From: Macrostomum hystrix
Taxonomy: Eukaryota > Animalia > Platyhelminthes
Direction: 5' to 3'
Assembly: GCA_950097015.1 (NCBI GenBank)
Contig: CATNEN010000037.1
Coordinates: 558,001-622,000 of the forward strand
DNA: 64,000 bases
Every line of letters starts with the position of its first letter. Positions within the stretch are counted from its first letter, which is position 1. Made by a program: the position numbers and the translations under genes. The notes under the pieces are model-generated. The model had not been told where the DNA came from. It saw only the letters and a program-made list of their open reading frames with translations, and searched no databases. Positions 35,701 through 46,800 of this stretch are shown here, piece after piece.

Positions 35701-38700
35701 TGTGTGTGTGCTCAGGAGTCAGCGAAATGGGCAGAATCGCGGGTGTGCCTAAAATTTCACTTCGTGGCAATGGCCTTCAGGCAATAGCCAGCCATCGGCT
35801 CAAACTCTGACCTCCAATGAATCCTTCATTGCTATGCATTGTTCCATATATTCAATCCAGTGTCAGTCTTAGCTGGAACGGCCTCGGCTACGAGGGCTCG
35901 CTGGCTCTGTCGCGCCTGCTGATAAGCAACAAATACCTGCGCGAGCTGGACGCCTCGCACTGCCGGATCGACTGGCAGGGCGCCAGGCTGCTGGCAGACG
36001 GACTGCGGGCCAACAGTTCGCTGCTGACACTGCGGGTAATGATTTGATCTGCCTTTTGGATCATCATTTAACAGTAGTGTGCCGCTCTCGGTGTGGACCC
36101 AGGTGAAACAATTAACGACAAACACGGCGAAGATTTGTGCAGCACTCAGACAATGACGGTAATAGTAGCTAGGCGATGACGAATATTATTATTGGCGACA
36201 GGCTCGCTCGTTATTAGCGTGGGTAACAATAGAATAGGGTTGAACCCCTTCTTGCACTGCGGCGGGCAACAATTATGAAGTGAGGATAACAGGCATAATT
36301 TATGCCTGGCCTTACAATTGGCTCGCGCAAAAATGATAACTATAACAAGAAATTATCGATCGCAGAGTACATAGAGCTTCCGGTCGCATTGCACAAATTG
36401 GTTTCGTACTCTAAAGTTTGCTTAAAGTAGCCAATTAAACAATTTACGAGGGTTGTGTCATAAATTTGCTGGCAACTGCAGATATCAAAGAAACAAAACA
36501 AAGAACAGCTAATTGTCAACATTGCACTTCTCAACATAGTCACCCCCAAGCTGCACACATTTGTGCCATCTCTCTGGCAGCTTGCTGATGCCCTGGGCGA
36601 AGAATTCCGTGGGGGTCCGTCGTACCCACTGGCTGATGGCCGAGCTGAGTGCAGAAAGGCTTCCATAGCGATGGCCACGAAGAGGCTCTTTCATTTTAGG
36701 GAACAACCAATAGTCACTGGGGGCCAGGTCAGGAGAATAGGCAGGGTGAGGCAGCAACTCGAAGCCTAGTCTCCTGATGACATCCATAGTTGCATTGCAG
36801 GTATGCGGCCTGGCGTTGTCCTGCTGCAGCACAATGCCCCTGGTGATCCTTCGCCGGCGCTCACTCTTGATCTTCTCACGCAGCCGTTCCAATATTTCAC
36901 AGTAGTACTGGGCATTGATGGTTCTGCCTTCAGGTAGCCACTCGATCAGCAAGATGCCTTCTCTGTCCCAGAACACGGTGGCTATGCGCTTACCTGCTGA
37001 CTGCACCGCCTTGGCCTTGACCGGTGGGGGTTCGTAAGTAGCCTTCCAGACACTGCTCTGCCGTTTCGTTTCTGGTTCGTAGAAGTGAAACCACGTTTCA
37101 TCACCAGTCACCAGGCGGCCAAGAAAGACGGGCTCGTTTTGATAGGCGATGAGTAGGTGGCGGCACATCTGGACCCTCTCTTGCAGTTGGACAGGAGTCA
37201 GCAGTTTAGGGACCCATCGTGCAACAACTCGTGTCATATGCAGATGGTCGGAGATGATGCAATGAATGCTCTTCATTGGTATCTCCAACTAGTCATCTAA
37301 CTGCCCCAGAGTTGCTCCACGATCATCGTCCAGGGCATGCTGCACACGCTGGATGTTGTCACTGGAAGTGGATGACCGCGGTGCACCTGGGCGGGGAGCA
37401 TCATCAACTGTTTCCCAGCCGTCCTCAAAGCGCTGCACCCACCCAAAAGAAACAGACGCTATGTAAGACGCCAGTAGTAATTTCCCATTGGCCAGGTCGG
37501 GGGCAATCCGCTGACAACCACTGGCTGCATGGACATCCTGGAAGCTCTGACTAGCGACACGAGTGCCGTCAGCCTGCTGGACTTGCGGGTGAGGCATGCG
37601 AGACCGGGAAAATGAATTAGAAACACGACACTAGAGGAAGCTCAGAAACATGACAAACCCAAGACCATAGCAGGACCCTCGGAAGCGTTAACAGGACCCT
37701 CGGAAACATAGCAGGACCCTCGGAAACATAACAGGACCCTCGGAAACATAACAGGACCCTCGGAAACATAGCAGGACCCTCGGAAACATAGCAGGACCCT
37801 CGGAAACATAACAGGACCCTCGGAAACATAGCAGGACCCTCGGAAACATAACAGGACCCTCGGAAACATAGCAGGACCCTCGGAAACATAACAGAACCCT
37901 CGGAAACATAACAGGACCCTCGGAAACATAACAGGACCCTCGGAAACGTAAAAGGACCCTCGGAAACATAACAGGACCCTCGGAAACATAGTAGGACCCT
38001 CGGAAACGTAACAGGGCTCTCGGAAACCTAACAGGACCCTCGGAAACAGCAGAACCGTCAGAAACATAATAAAATGCTTCAGGGCAACAAGATCACTCAG
38101 GACTTCGAGTTGCTTGCCCAGACTGTTAGAGCCGGGCGAGAGTTCCGCTGCCACCACGACGGTGTTCTGCCATCTCACGACCTGTTCGGGCGCAGAAACG
38201 AGCCGGAGGCCAAGGACCCAATGGCCGAGGTCATTGACTATATGCAGCGATATCATCTGCGACCGTTGGAGCTATTTCGCTCATTCGACAAGGACCTCAT
38301 GATGCAGATGAACCGCACCGAGTTTATTGACAGGCTCAGGGTGAGTCTTCACAACTGCTATTTCTGCAACAATTCTGCGTTTCGAAACTTTGATTCTCGA
38401 TTGTCAACAGAGAGCCGGCATCACTTTGTCGAATGATGAGATGGCGGAGATCGCTCAGCAGATTAACGGCGACTTAGGTGGGCGGCAGCCGACTACAGGA
38501 CAGGGGGCCGCCAATTCTAGGGACAAGTCAAAAGCTGCTGATATCAATTATAAGTGAGCAACTTGTGCTCATGCCGCCAACACCAAACCTCCCCCAACCT
38601 AATGCCGCCAACCACTCCCCAACCAAGTGCAGCCAACCCCTCCCCCAACCAAGTGCCGCCAACCCCTCTCCCAACCAAGTGCCGCCAACCCCTCCCCCAA

Positions 38701-40085
38701 CCAAGTGCCGCCAATCTCTCCCCCAACCAAGTGCCGCCAACCCCTCCCCCAACCAAGTGCCGCCAACCCCTCCCTAAACCTAATGCCGCAAACCCCTCCC
38801 CCAACCAAGCGCCGCCAACCCCTCCCCCATCCTAATGCCGCCAACCCCTCCCCCAACCTAAATGCCGCCAACCACTCCTAAATCTAATGCCGCAAACCCC
38901 TCCCCCAACCTAATGCCGCCAACCCCTCCCTAAACATAATGCCGCAAACCCCTCCCACGACCAAGTGCCGCCAACCCCTCCCCCATCCTAATGCCGCCAA
39001 CCCCTCCCTAAATCTAATGCCGCCAACCCCTCCCCCAACCAAGCGCCGCAAACCCCTCCCCCAACCAAGTGCCGCAATATCTCTCCCCCAACCAAGTGCC
39101 GCCAACCCCTCCCTAAACCTAATGCCGCAAACCCCTCCCCCAACCAAGCGCCGCCAATCTCTCCCCCAACCAAGTGCCGCCAATCTCTCCCCCAACCAAG
39201 TGCCGCCAACCCCTCACTAAACCTAATGCCGCAAACCCCTCCCCCAACCAAGCGCCGCCAATCTCTCCCCAAACCAAGTGTCGCCAACCCCTCCCTAAAC
39301 CTAAAGCCGCAAACCCCTCCCCCAACCGAGCGCCGCCAACCCCTCCCTAAACCTAATGCCGCAAACCCCTCCCCCAACCAAGCGCCGCCAACCCCTCCCC
39401 CATCCTAATGCCGCCAACCCCTCCCCCAACCTAAATGCCGCCAACCACTCCTAAATCTAATGCCGCAAACCCCTCCCCCAACCTAATGCCGCCAACCACT
39501 CCCTAAATCTAATGCCGCCAACCCCTCCCCCAACCAAGCGCCGCCAACCACTCCCTAAATCTAATGCCGCCAACCCCTCCCCCAACCAAGCGCTGCCAAC
39601 CCCTCCCCCAACCAAGTGCCGCCAACCCCTCCCCCAACCAAGTGCCGCCAACCCCTCCCCCAACCAAGTACCGCCAACCCCCTCCCCATTCTAAAACCGC
39701 TAACCCTAATCCCTAGCCGACTAGAAAAACATACAGACCAACCTGTTCTACACCAATCAGAAATTTTAGCGATGGCATTCGCCAGCATAGGCGCCGAGAG
39801 CGCGAGAAGAAAGCCCGGGAGGCCAACGCCCAGCGACGCCTGACAGTCTATCATCGGGAGATTCTCGGCGAGGGCACCGCTGCAGCGGCCGCCGCCGCCA
39901 CCGTCAGCTTTCAACTACGTCGGCTATCTTTAGCGGATGCTTTTAATGAAGAGAAGCCGGCAGCTGCGCTGTCATTGCCGCTGCCGCCCAAGCAACCAGC
40001 CAGACTCGAACCACTGTCCGATGGAAAGAAGAAGCAGTCGAAAAAGCGCCGACAACAGAAGAGTGTGAAAAATCGCGGCCAATAA
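23775..40085 (+). CDS. LRRC74: LRRC74-like leucine-rich-repeat protein with C-terminal EF-hand-like motif (621 aa)
   Basis: Exons 23775-23931, 26707-26981, 27560-27667, 27749-27842, 28031-28268, 35861-36035, 37496-37588, 38083-38340, 38411-38553, 39761-40085; all GT-AG, 1866 nt, open frame. RI-like LRRs (LDFSHNGLEAEG, NLSGNNIGDKG, LDISDNRIGDSG, SLSWNGLGYEG, GGNPLTTTG), then LRPLELFRSFDKD...TEF. The start codon and the family label are less certain than the exon chain. Confidence 0.82.
23941..26180. repeat. 30/31-bp minisatellite (GGATTTGGTAGCTCAAAATCTCCC[A/C]ATT[T]GC), LRRC74-like intron 1
   Basis: About 73 units starting about 9 nt after the donor; explains the many ORFs at 24047-26047. Confidence 0.97.
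26995..27440. repeat. 30-bp G-rich minisatellite (GTCGAGGGAATGAGAATTGGGGTTGTGGGT), LRRC74-like intron 2
   Basis: About 15 units. Confidence 0.95.
28274..29247. repeat. 13-bp satellite (TAGCCTAGGGTTG), left arm, about 75 copies
   Basis: Starts about 5 nt after the intron 5 donor; interrupted by the CMC element. Confidence 0.97.
29295..29410 (-). mobile_element. Internally deleted SINE family 2 fragment near the left end of the CMC element
   Basis: Minus strand has gtccctga, ggcctgggga, cttgtcgtgcaat and aaatgggcagaattgcctcctc in SINE order. Confidence 0.5.
29510..32438 (-). pseudogene. CMC/EnSpm-type DDE transposase pseudogene with two apparent introns
   Basis: Fragments join into: acidic N-terminus, CxxC...CPA(stop) zinc finger, NIDSFQ|VFRTS (first D), FLMDAPQRA (second D), QHNGTNGCDKC (C2C), RSLNDLKHFRGHEFEAWLLLY, YNAHMVCEHM (H4H), SASLFE (E). 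Lesions: in-frame TGA at 31866-31868 and frameshifts near 31640, 30900-30930 and 30300. Apparent introns 31623-31508 and 30846-30527. Confidence 0.78.
32663..33132 (-). other. Second ORF/exon inside the CMC element: Q/E/R-rich predicted coiled-coil of unknown function
   Basis: 148-codon ORF (LRDQREVLERQRGILQQQEQLLEQQFVLLQQRREEERLRR) preceded by an in-frame TTTCAG acceptor at 33133. A degraded upstream segment (MAQGSDGSPIDW..., about 33603-33170) may be its first exon. Confidence 0.4.
33998..34462. repeat. 38-39 bp subterminal tandem repeat of the CMC element (CACTTGAGACACTTGACCAGCCATTGAGCAGCTTGAGC)
   Basis: About 12 units, about 250 bp inside the right terminus. Confidence 0.92.
34710..35362. 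repeat. 13-bp satellite (TAGCCTAGGGTTG), right arm, about 50 copies
   Basis: Same unit; runs directly into the tRNA-SINE A-box. Confidence 0.97.
35348..35449 (+). mobile_element. tRNA-derived SINE head (family 1) with CORE-like segment; probable tail at about 35738-35815
   Basis: A-box TAGCCTAGTGG at 35355-35365, B-box GGTTCGATTCC at 35399-35409, then TTGTGTCCTTAGCAAGACACT resembling the post-tRNA CORE-type SINE motif. Stems are imperfect, so it is not a functional tRNA. Confidence 0.6.
35450..35737 (+). mobile_element. SINE family 2 copy nested in the family 1 SINE
   Basis: Aligns by eye with 42991-43319 and the reverse complement of 45385-45737 (gtccctgagctcgattcc, gaggccacatt, gcttgtcgtgcaat, gggcagatgtacacacc, ctcaggagtcagcgaaatgggcagaa); 3'-truncated. 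Confidence 0.75.
36447..37460 (-). mobile_element. 5'-truncated mariner (DD34D) element in LRRC74-like intron 6
   Basis: Transposase 37460-36509 with WVPKLL, TGDETW, QDNARPH and YSPDLAPSD. One in-frame TAG at 37289-37291 joins the two ORF-track pieces. A single TIR, TA|CGAGGGTTGTGTCATAAATTTGCTGGCAACT, starts at 36447. The other TIR and the start of the N-terminus are absent. Confidence 0.9.
37670..38050. repeat. 20-bp minisatellite (ACAGGACCCTCGGAAACATA), LRRC74-like intron 7
   Basis: Visible array. Confidence 0.95.
38575..39690. repeat. C-rich composite minisatellite (GCCGCCAACCCCTCCCCCAACC[AAGT/TAAT]), LRRC74-like intron 9
   Basis: Visible array; G-run rich on the minus strand. Confidence 0.92.
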
Positions 40086-40148
40086 TTTCACTGAAGAATT
40101 TCTTTCTCGCAATTGTTGAATATTCGCGTGTATTTGTAACATAAGGAT

Positions 40149-40324
40149 CTGATAAGAGAGATCAGTGATTCAGGGAGCAACTGATAAGAGAGATCGGTGA
40201 TTCAGGGAGCAACTGATAAGAGAGATCGGTGATTCAGGGAGCAACTGATAAGAGAGATCGGTGATTCAGGGAGCAACTGATAAGAGAGATCGGTGATTCA
40301 GGGAGCAACTGATAAGAGAGATCA
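40149..40324. repeat. 32-bp tandem repeat, about 5.5 copies, in the probable 3' UTR of the LRRC74-like gene
   Basis: Unit GATAAGAGAGATCGGTGATTCAGGGAGCAACT. Confidence 0.92.
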
Positions 40325-40862
40325 CCTAGGTCCTAGGAGATAGGTGATATTGGAATTCTTCGTTTTTTATCACATAAAATTTTAATTAAATGTATCATAG
40401 ATACTCTACTGAGATTAGTAGAGTGAAAAGTGTATTTTTCTCTGTTCTGATTATGTTTTCTAAATAAAAAACTTTTAAAGCAAGTGAACTCATGAGATTT
40501 CTTTATTGATAGTATTTTTTATTTGTAATCGGACAGGCAACGCAAATGAATAGTGGCTTGATTCATTTCATGCATTATAGCTCGTATATGCTTTTATAAA
40601 GAGTAGAAAATTACACTGAAAAACTAAATATAATATTTTTTGTTGAAATTAACTGGATATGGAAAAAAACATTACAAATTTTGTCACCGGATAAACATTT
40701 TTCCTACTGTAATTGGCAAATCATATTCACAATAGAATAACACATTTGGAAGATAATTATCACCTAGCTAGGGGCTTCTAGAATCTGAATAATCTTAGTG
40801 AAAAGCTTGAGATCAGGAATTCTGTGTGATAGTCTTTTAGTAGATTAATTTATGAGTTAAAA

Positions 40863-43800
40863 TTACAGACGATTGAGCAGGTAATTTTGAAACTCCCGGT
40901 CCTCCGGGCTGGCGTGCTGCTCAACAATTCGCTCCTCGGCATCGGAGGCAGCGGCCTCAAGCCTCCTAGCCTCATAGTTAATGAGCCATTTGTTGATGTA
41001 GCTGATATGGACCTGGCGGGCCTTGATTACATCCGGCGGGTCAGCCGGGTTCGAGCCCCTGCGGTCGGTTAGCGGGATGAACTCAATGTGAGATGTTGAA
41101 ATCTCATGTTTAGAAGCTAAGATCTCGTGTTGAGAAGCTAAGATCTCATGGTAAGAGGCTTAGATCTCATTTTCAAAAGCTAAGATCTCATAGTGAAAGA
41201 CTGACATCTCATGGTGAGAGGATGGGATCTTGTGATTAAATGCAGAAATCTCATAGTAAGACGTAGAGATCTAATGGTGAGATGCGCAGAGATCTCATCG
41301 TAAGATGCGGTGATCTTATTGTGAGATGCAGAGATCTCATGGTGAGATGCAGAGATCTCACGGTGAGATGCAGAGATCTCATAGTGAGATGCAGAGATCT
41401 CATAGTGAGAAAAAGAGATCTTATGGTGAGATGCAGAGATCTCATGATAAGATGCGGTGATCTTATTGTGAGATGCAGAGATCTCATGGTAAGACATAGA
41501 GATCTAATAGTGAGATGCAGAGATCTCATAGTGAACCGAATCAGTTCCTGAAATCTCACCTGAGATCTAGATGATGAGCTCCGTTGGGAATGCGAACGGC
41601 AATCAAATCCTTGCTGTCTGGAAGACTGTTAAGCAGCTGTTAGGAAAGATGAAGATGGGAGTATATTAGAATCTGTTTTGAATTTATTTTTATTAGAATT
41701 TGAAGCACGGTAAAAGCAGGCTATAACTCACCCCTCCATTGTGCCAAGGATCTAGGTCGCCATTGCTAAATACCAAATTACTGGCCGTGTGAATCTTGTC
41801 ACCCCACATCAAAACGCCCAACCATTCAACGTCGGTTTCAACGTTATATTTCTCCTTGCAGTAAGCTACCAGACTCTCGGGTGTGAAGGCCAACGGGGGG
41901 AACATGTCGGTGACATTGTCGCTACCGTAGGGCAGGTGCATCTCAGTGCAGGCTTGGAAGTCCCAGGCCAGACTCTCAGGGCCGGTGCCGCAGCCGGTCG
42001 GGTCGGCGCAGAACACGTACTCCTGGTAGATGTCGTGACATTGGCCAGCTTGAGCCAGCGGGTACACAAACTCTGTGATGGGTTTGGATTGATGAATTGA
42101 TAGACTGATTGACGAGTTGATAGACTGATTGATTGACGAGTTGATAGACTGATTGATTGACGAGTTGATAGACTGATTGATTGACGAGTTGATAGACTGA
42201 TTGATTGACGAGTTGATAGACTGACTGATTGAGGAGTTGATAGACTGATTGATTGACAAGTTGATAGACTGATTGATTGACGAGTTGATAGACTGATTGA
42301 TTGACGAGTTGATAGACTGACTGATTGAGGAGTTGATAGACTGATTGATTGACAAGTTGATAGACTGATTGATTGACGAGTTGATAGACTGATTGATTGA
42401 CGAGTTGATAGACTGATTGGTTGACGAGTTGATAGACTGATTGATTGACGAGTTGATAGACTGACTGATTGAGGAGTTGATAGACTGATTGATTGACAAG
42501 TTGATAGACTGATTGATTGACGAGTTGATAGACTGATTGATTGACGAGTTGATAGACTGACTGATTGAGGAGTTGATAGACTGATTGATTGACAAGTTGA
42601 TAGACTGATTGATTGACGAGTTGATAGACTGATTGATTGACGAGTTGATAGACTGACTGATTGAGGAGTTGATAGACTGATTGATTGACAAGTTGATAGA
42701 CTGATTGATTGACGAGTTGATAGACTGATTGATTGACGAGTTGATAGACTGACTGATTGAGGAGTTGATAGACTGATTGATTGACGAGTTGATAGACTGA
42801 TCGATTGACGAGTTGATAGACTGACTGATTAATAGGTTGACAAATTGATCGGTTGACGAATTGATTAGACGAGTATGTTGATTAATCGATAGAAGAATAT
42901 CTTAATCGATTTACACATAAAATGGCGCATGCATTTTACTACTGACTGATCAAATGAATCTGATTTGTTTAATAGATTGAATTTTAACACAGGGGATAAG
43001 TGGCAGAGCGGTCTAACGCGTCGCACTGAGCTCGATTCAGCGGCGAGGCCACATTTATTTGATAGGAGAGGCTTGTCGTGCAATTTACGCCCTTGAGGGC
43101 CAACCTCCAAGGCACAGTGAGAGTGTACACTGACTGACGATAAGAAAGTCAGGGCAGATGTACACACCTTTTTGAGTGTACCTGCGTACAGTATCTGTGT
43201 GTGTGTGTTCTCAGGAGTCAGCGAAATGGGCAGAACGCTTCCTCGCTGGCTGCAGGTCCAGTGTCATCAAATGACGTGCCATTGCCCACAGCCCTCCTGC
43301 AACTAATACTATTATTATTGACATGCTCATAGATTGACATGTTGTTATCCTATCTCCAATCAGTAAAAGACAAATAGATGTAAAATAAGGCCAGGGGCCG
43401 CAGATTCACTAACCCACAGCCGATTTCAGAGCGCTGATGCTGTCTCCAGCCTTCAGCATAGCGGAGCAGGAGGCCTACAATACAAGTGAGAAAACAATTC
43501 GCTTTAATCCAAGTGAATAACGAGACTACTGAAAGTAACAATACAGGGAATATGACGTTAAAAAACTAACATTAACCGGCCAGGCGGGCAGGGGCGCCAA
43601 GAACTCAGTCGCATAGGGATAATCTCCCATGGCCATAATGACGAAAGCGTTCCTAGCCCAGCCGTACAGTTGCCTGACATCTGTCTGATTCTGGATTGGC
43701 TTGCACAGATTAAACGCCTTGCTGACTTGCTGCATACCTACATTGGAAAACTATCATTTTTACTTCATAAACATTCGCTACATACTACTAATGAATTAGT

Positions 43801-46800
43801 GAGTAGACTAGTGCGAGTATAAAAAGCTAACTTAAAAAAATTATTAATTGATCTGCACTTGCCCTGCGAACCGCTCTCCACTAGAGCTCGAATCTGAGCA
43901 AATGCCGAGCGAACAATTGTTGGACACTTTGAGTTCGCACCCGCGTACACCTGATTGACAGGTTGAAAAAATAAGCGTAAATAATTATTTACAAATTTAC
44001 TACTCAAAATAAAAATATAGCAGTAGTATTTTGGACTCTAAAAACCAAAGCCAAACCTTTGTAACATCGGCAAAGAATGTCTCAGGATGCTTGTCGGTCA
44101 GGTTGGCAATCCAATAGAATGGCGAGCTGCCCACAATGCCGCCCTCGACTAGGTTGGGATATTTGAATCGCATGTACTGGGTCAGCATGCCGCCGTAGCT
44201 GGGAAGAAATGGGGGAGGCGAATGGGATATGAGCAAATTGAAACTAGGATCAAAATTGTATGGCGATTGGGATTTAAGGTAAATGTGAAGATGGGATCTA
44301 GATGAATGGATAGATGTGATCTAACTGAATGGATAGATGGGATCTAACTGAATGGATAGATGGGATCTAACTGAATGGATAGATGGGACCTAACTGAATG
44401 GATAGATGGGATCTAGATGAATGGATAGATGGGATCTAGATGAATGGATAGATGGGATCTAACTGAATGGATAGATGGGATCTAGATGAATGGATAGATG
44501 GGATCTAGATGAATGGATAGCTGGGATCTAACTGAATGGATAGATGGGATCAAGATGAATGGATAGATGTGATCTAACTGAATGGATAGATGTGATCCAA
44601 CTGAATGGATAGATGTGATCTAACTGAATGGATAGATGGGATCTAGTTGAATGGATAGATGGGATCTAGATGAATGGATAGATGTGATCTAACTGAACGG
44701 ATAGATGGGATCTAACTGAATGGATAGATGGGATCTATATGAACGGATAGATGAGATCTAACTGAATGGATAGATGGGATCTAACTGAATGGATAGATGG
44801 GATCTAACTGAATGGGAAGAGGTGATTCAGCAGGAGGGAGACAATCAATGATGCCATCTGTCGCAACAGTCGCACAGCACTAGCAGTGACGCACCTTCCA
44901 CCGAAAGCGATCACCGGTCTGTCTGGAATGTTGAAGATGTAATTCCTGAGCACGTGAATAAGGACAGCGAAGTCGCCCATCGCCTGCTCAATGGTGAGGT
45001 ACTGCAGATTCTCCTGCTTGAAGCTTTCATTGCCGAATGGCAACGATTCGCCGTAGTAGCGCTGTGGGATTGTTTTTTAACCATATGACGATGGATGGTG
45101 ATATATATGAAAGCCTTCCCAACTCTACTTTATTTTTTATGGCTTTTTTATTACGAGCTCAATGGTCATGGGTTCGAATCTTAGCAACTTTAGCTAAATC
45201 ACTTATTTGCCTGTTTACTTAGCATCTTAACAACAATTATATAAATTAGTACTTCTATCTTCTAGTAAACATTTTTTTATTTAACTGGAAAGTTAACGAA
45301 AGCTGTTAACATAGCTTTAGTAGGAAAAAAGATTAATGTTTGAATAATTTGATATGCTACTAATATAATAAGAATAAAAATTGCAATTGCTGGAGGGCTG
45401 CGGGCAATGGCACATCATTTGGTGACACTAGGCCCGCAGCCAGCGAGGAGGCAATTCTGCCCATTTCGCTGACTCCTGAGCACACACGCACACAGATACT
45501 GTACGCAGGCACACGCTCACACAGGTGTGTACATCTGCCCTGACTTTCTCATCTCCAGGCAGTGTACAGTTCACTGTGCATTTGAGGTTGGCCCAGAATG
45601 GCGTTAATAGCACGACAAGCCCCAAAGCCATCTCTCCGCAGCTGCGCCACAAATAAATGTGGCCTCGCCGCGGAATCGAGCTCAGGGACCTTGGTGCGAG
45701 AGGCAAACGCGTTAACCGCTCAGTCACCAACCCCCTTATGCTACGGATGGTAGAGAAATGAATTATTAGCTACAGATCAGTCAGATATACATACAGTGAG
45801 TACTAAGAGAAAACAATTACTTGAAAACAACTACTATGACTATCTTTAAATTGTAATTTGTAACTTGAAATGTAGTCAGCAAAGCTAAGCCACGCAGACA
45901 CGAGCTTCTTATCAATGAATATTGTCGCTAGAAATAACTAGCAACACACTGACTATATTGGGCATAGGTGAAAGTTGTTCATTTAATAATATAGTTAAAT
46001 TTCACCACAAACTGACCAAACTCAACCCAAAATTTGAGAGCCAGATTGGGTCTAATCTGCTACAGATAAGATATTGTAACCAGTGCTTTAAAATACAGCT
46101 AGCGTAAAGAGACACTCAACAGAGAGATATCAGAACAGAGCCAAACATATTAGATCAAAGTTCATTGGGAAAATTACATTTCTTGGCTGAAGTTAATTTA
46201 CTTGGCCTTGTCATCTAATTAGTAGCAAAAACCAACAACCATTTTAGCCACAAAGAAATCTATCGTCTTACATGTTCAGCAAAAACAACCAGAGCTCCGA
46301 ACTGGGGCGCAATTTCATGCACAAAGCCAGTATTGTTCCAGAAGCTATCAATAGGTCCCTCATTGCCAGTATAGAAGAAGATAGGACCCCTGGCCTTGTC
46401 AAAGAATTGGTCTGAAATTGTTATTTTTGGGTTGCCAGGCATGTAAGATTAAATTTTTTTTTTCTATCCGATGTAAATTTTAATTGTATTGCATTCATGA
46501 AGTACTACTGGCTAAAAGCAATTTTTTCTAAAACCTGGAAATAAAGTTTATAAAGATAATAATATACCATAGGCCTACAACTACTGAAGAAATAATTAAC
46601 CCTAACTACTCAAATCAATTCATTGTGTATCATTCTTCTCTATTAATTCTAGACCTTCTAATATACTAAAAATGAAATGCTTGCTTGCTTGCTTGTATTG
46701 TTTCTAAAATTAATATCTAAGAGCTTACTATATAAGAATTTATTTAAAAACACTACATTAGAGCAAACTTTCATTTTTAGCCTTGTTGAGTATAACAATA

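Noticed and set aside
37289-37597. Single 102-aa minus-strand protein
   Set aside because: A chimera of the antisense of LRRC74-like exon 7 and the mariner N-terminal remnant.
38478-39914. Pro-rich and Gly/Trp-rich ORFs
   Set aside because: C-rich minisatellite in intron 9; real exons are 38411-38553 and 39761-40085.
42073-42691. SINQ-repeat N-terminal extension on the peptidase ORF
   Set aside because: Intronic 24-bp array read through into the exon that starts at the acceptor 42073/42072.
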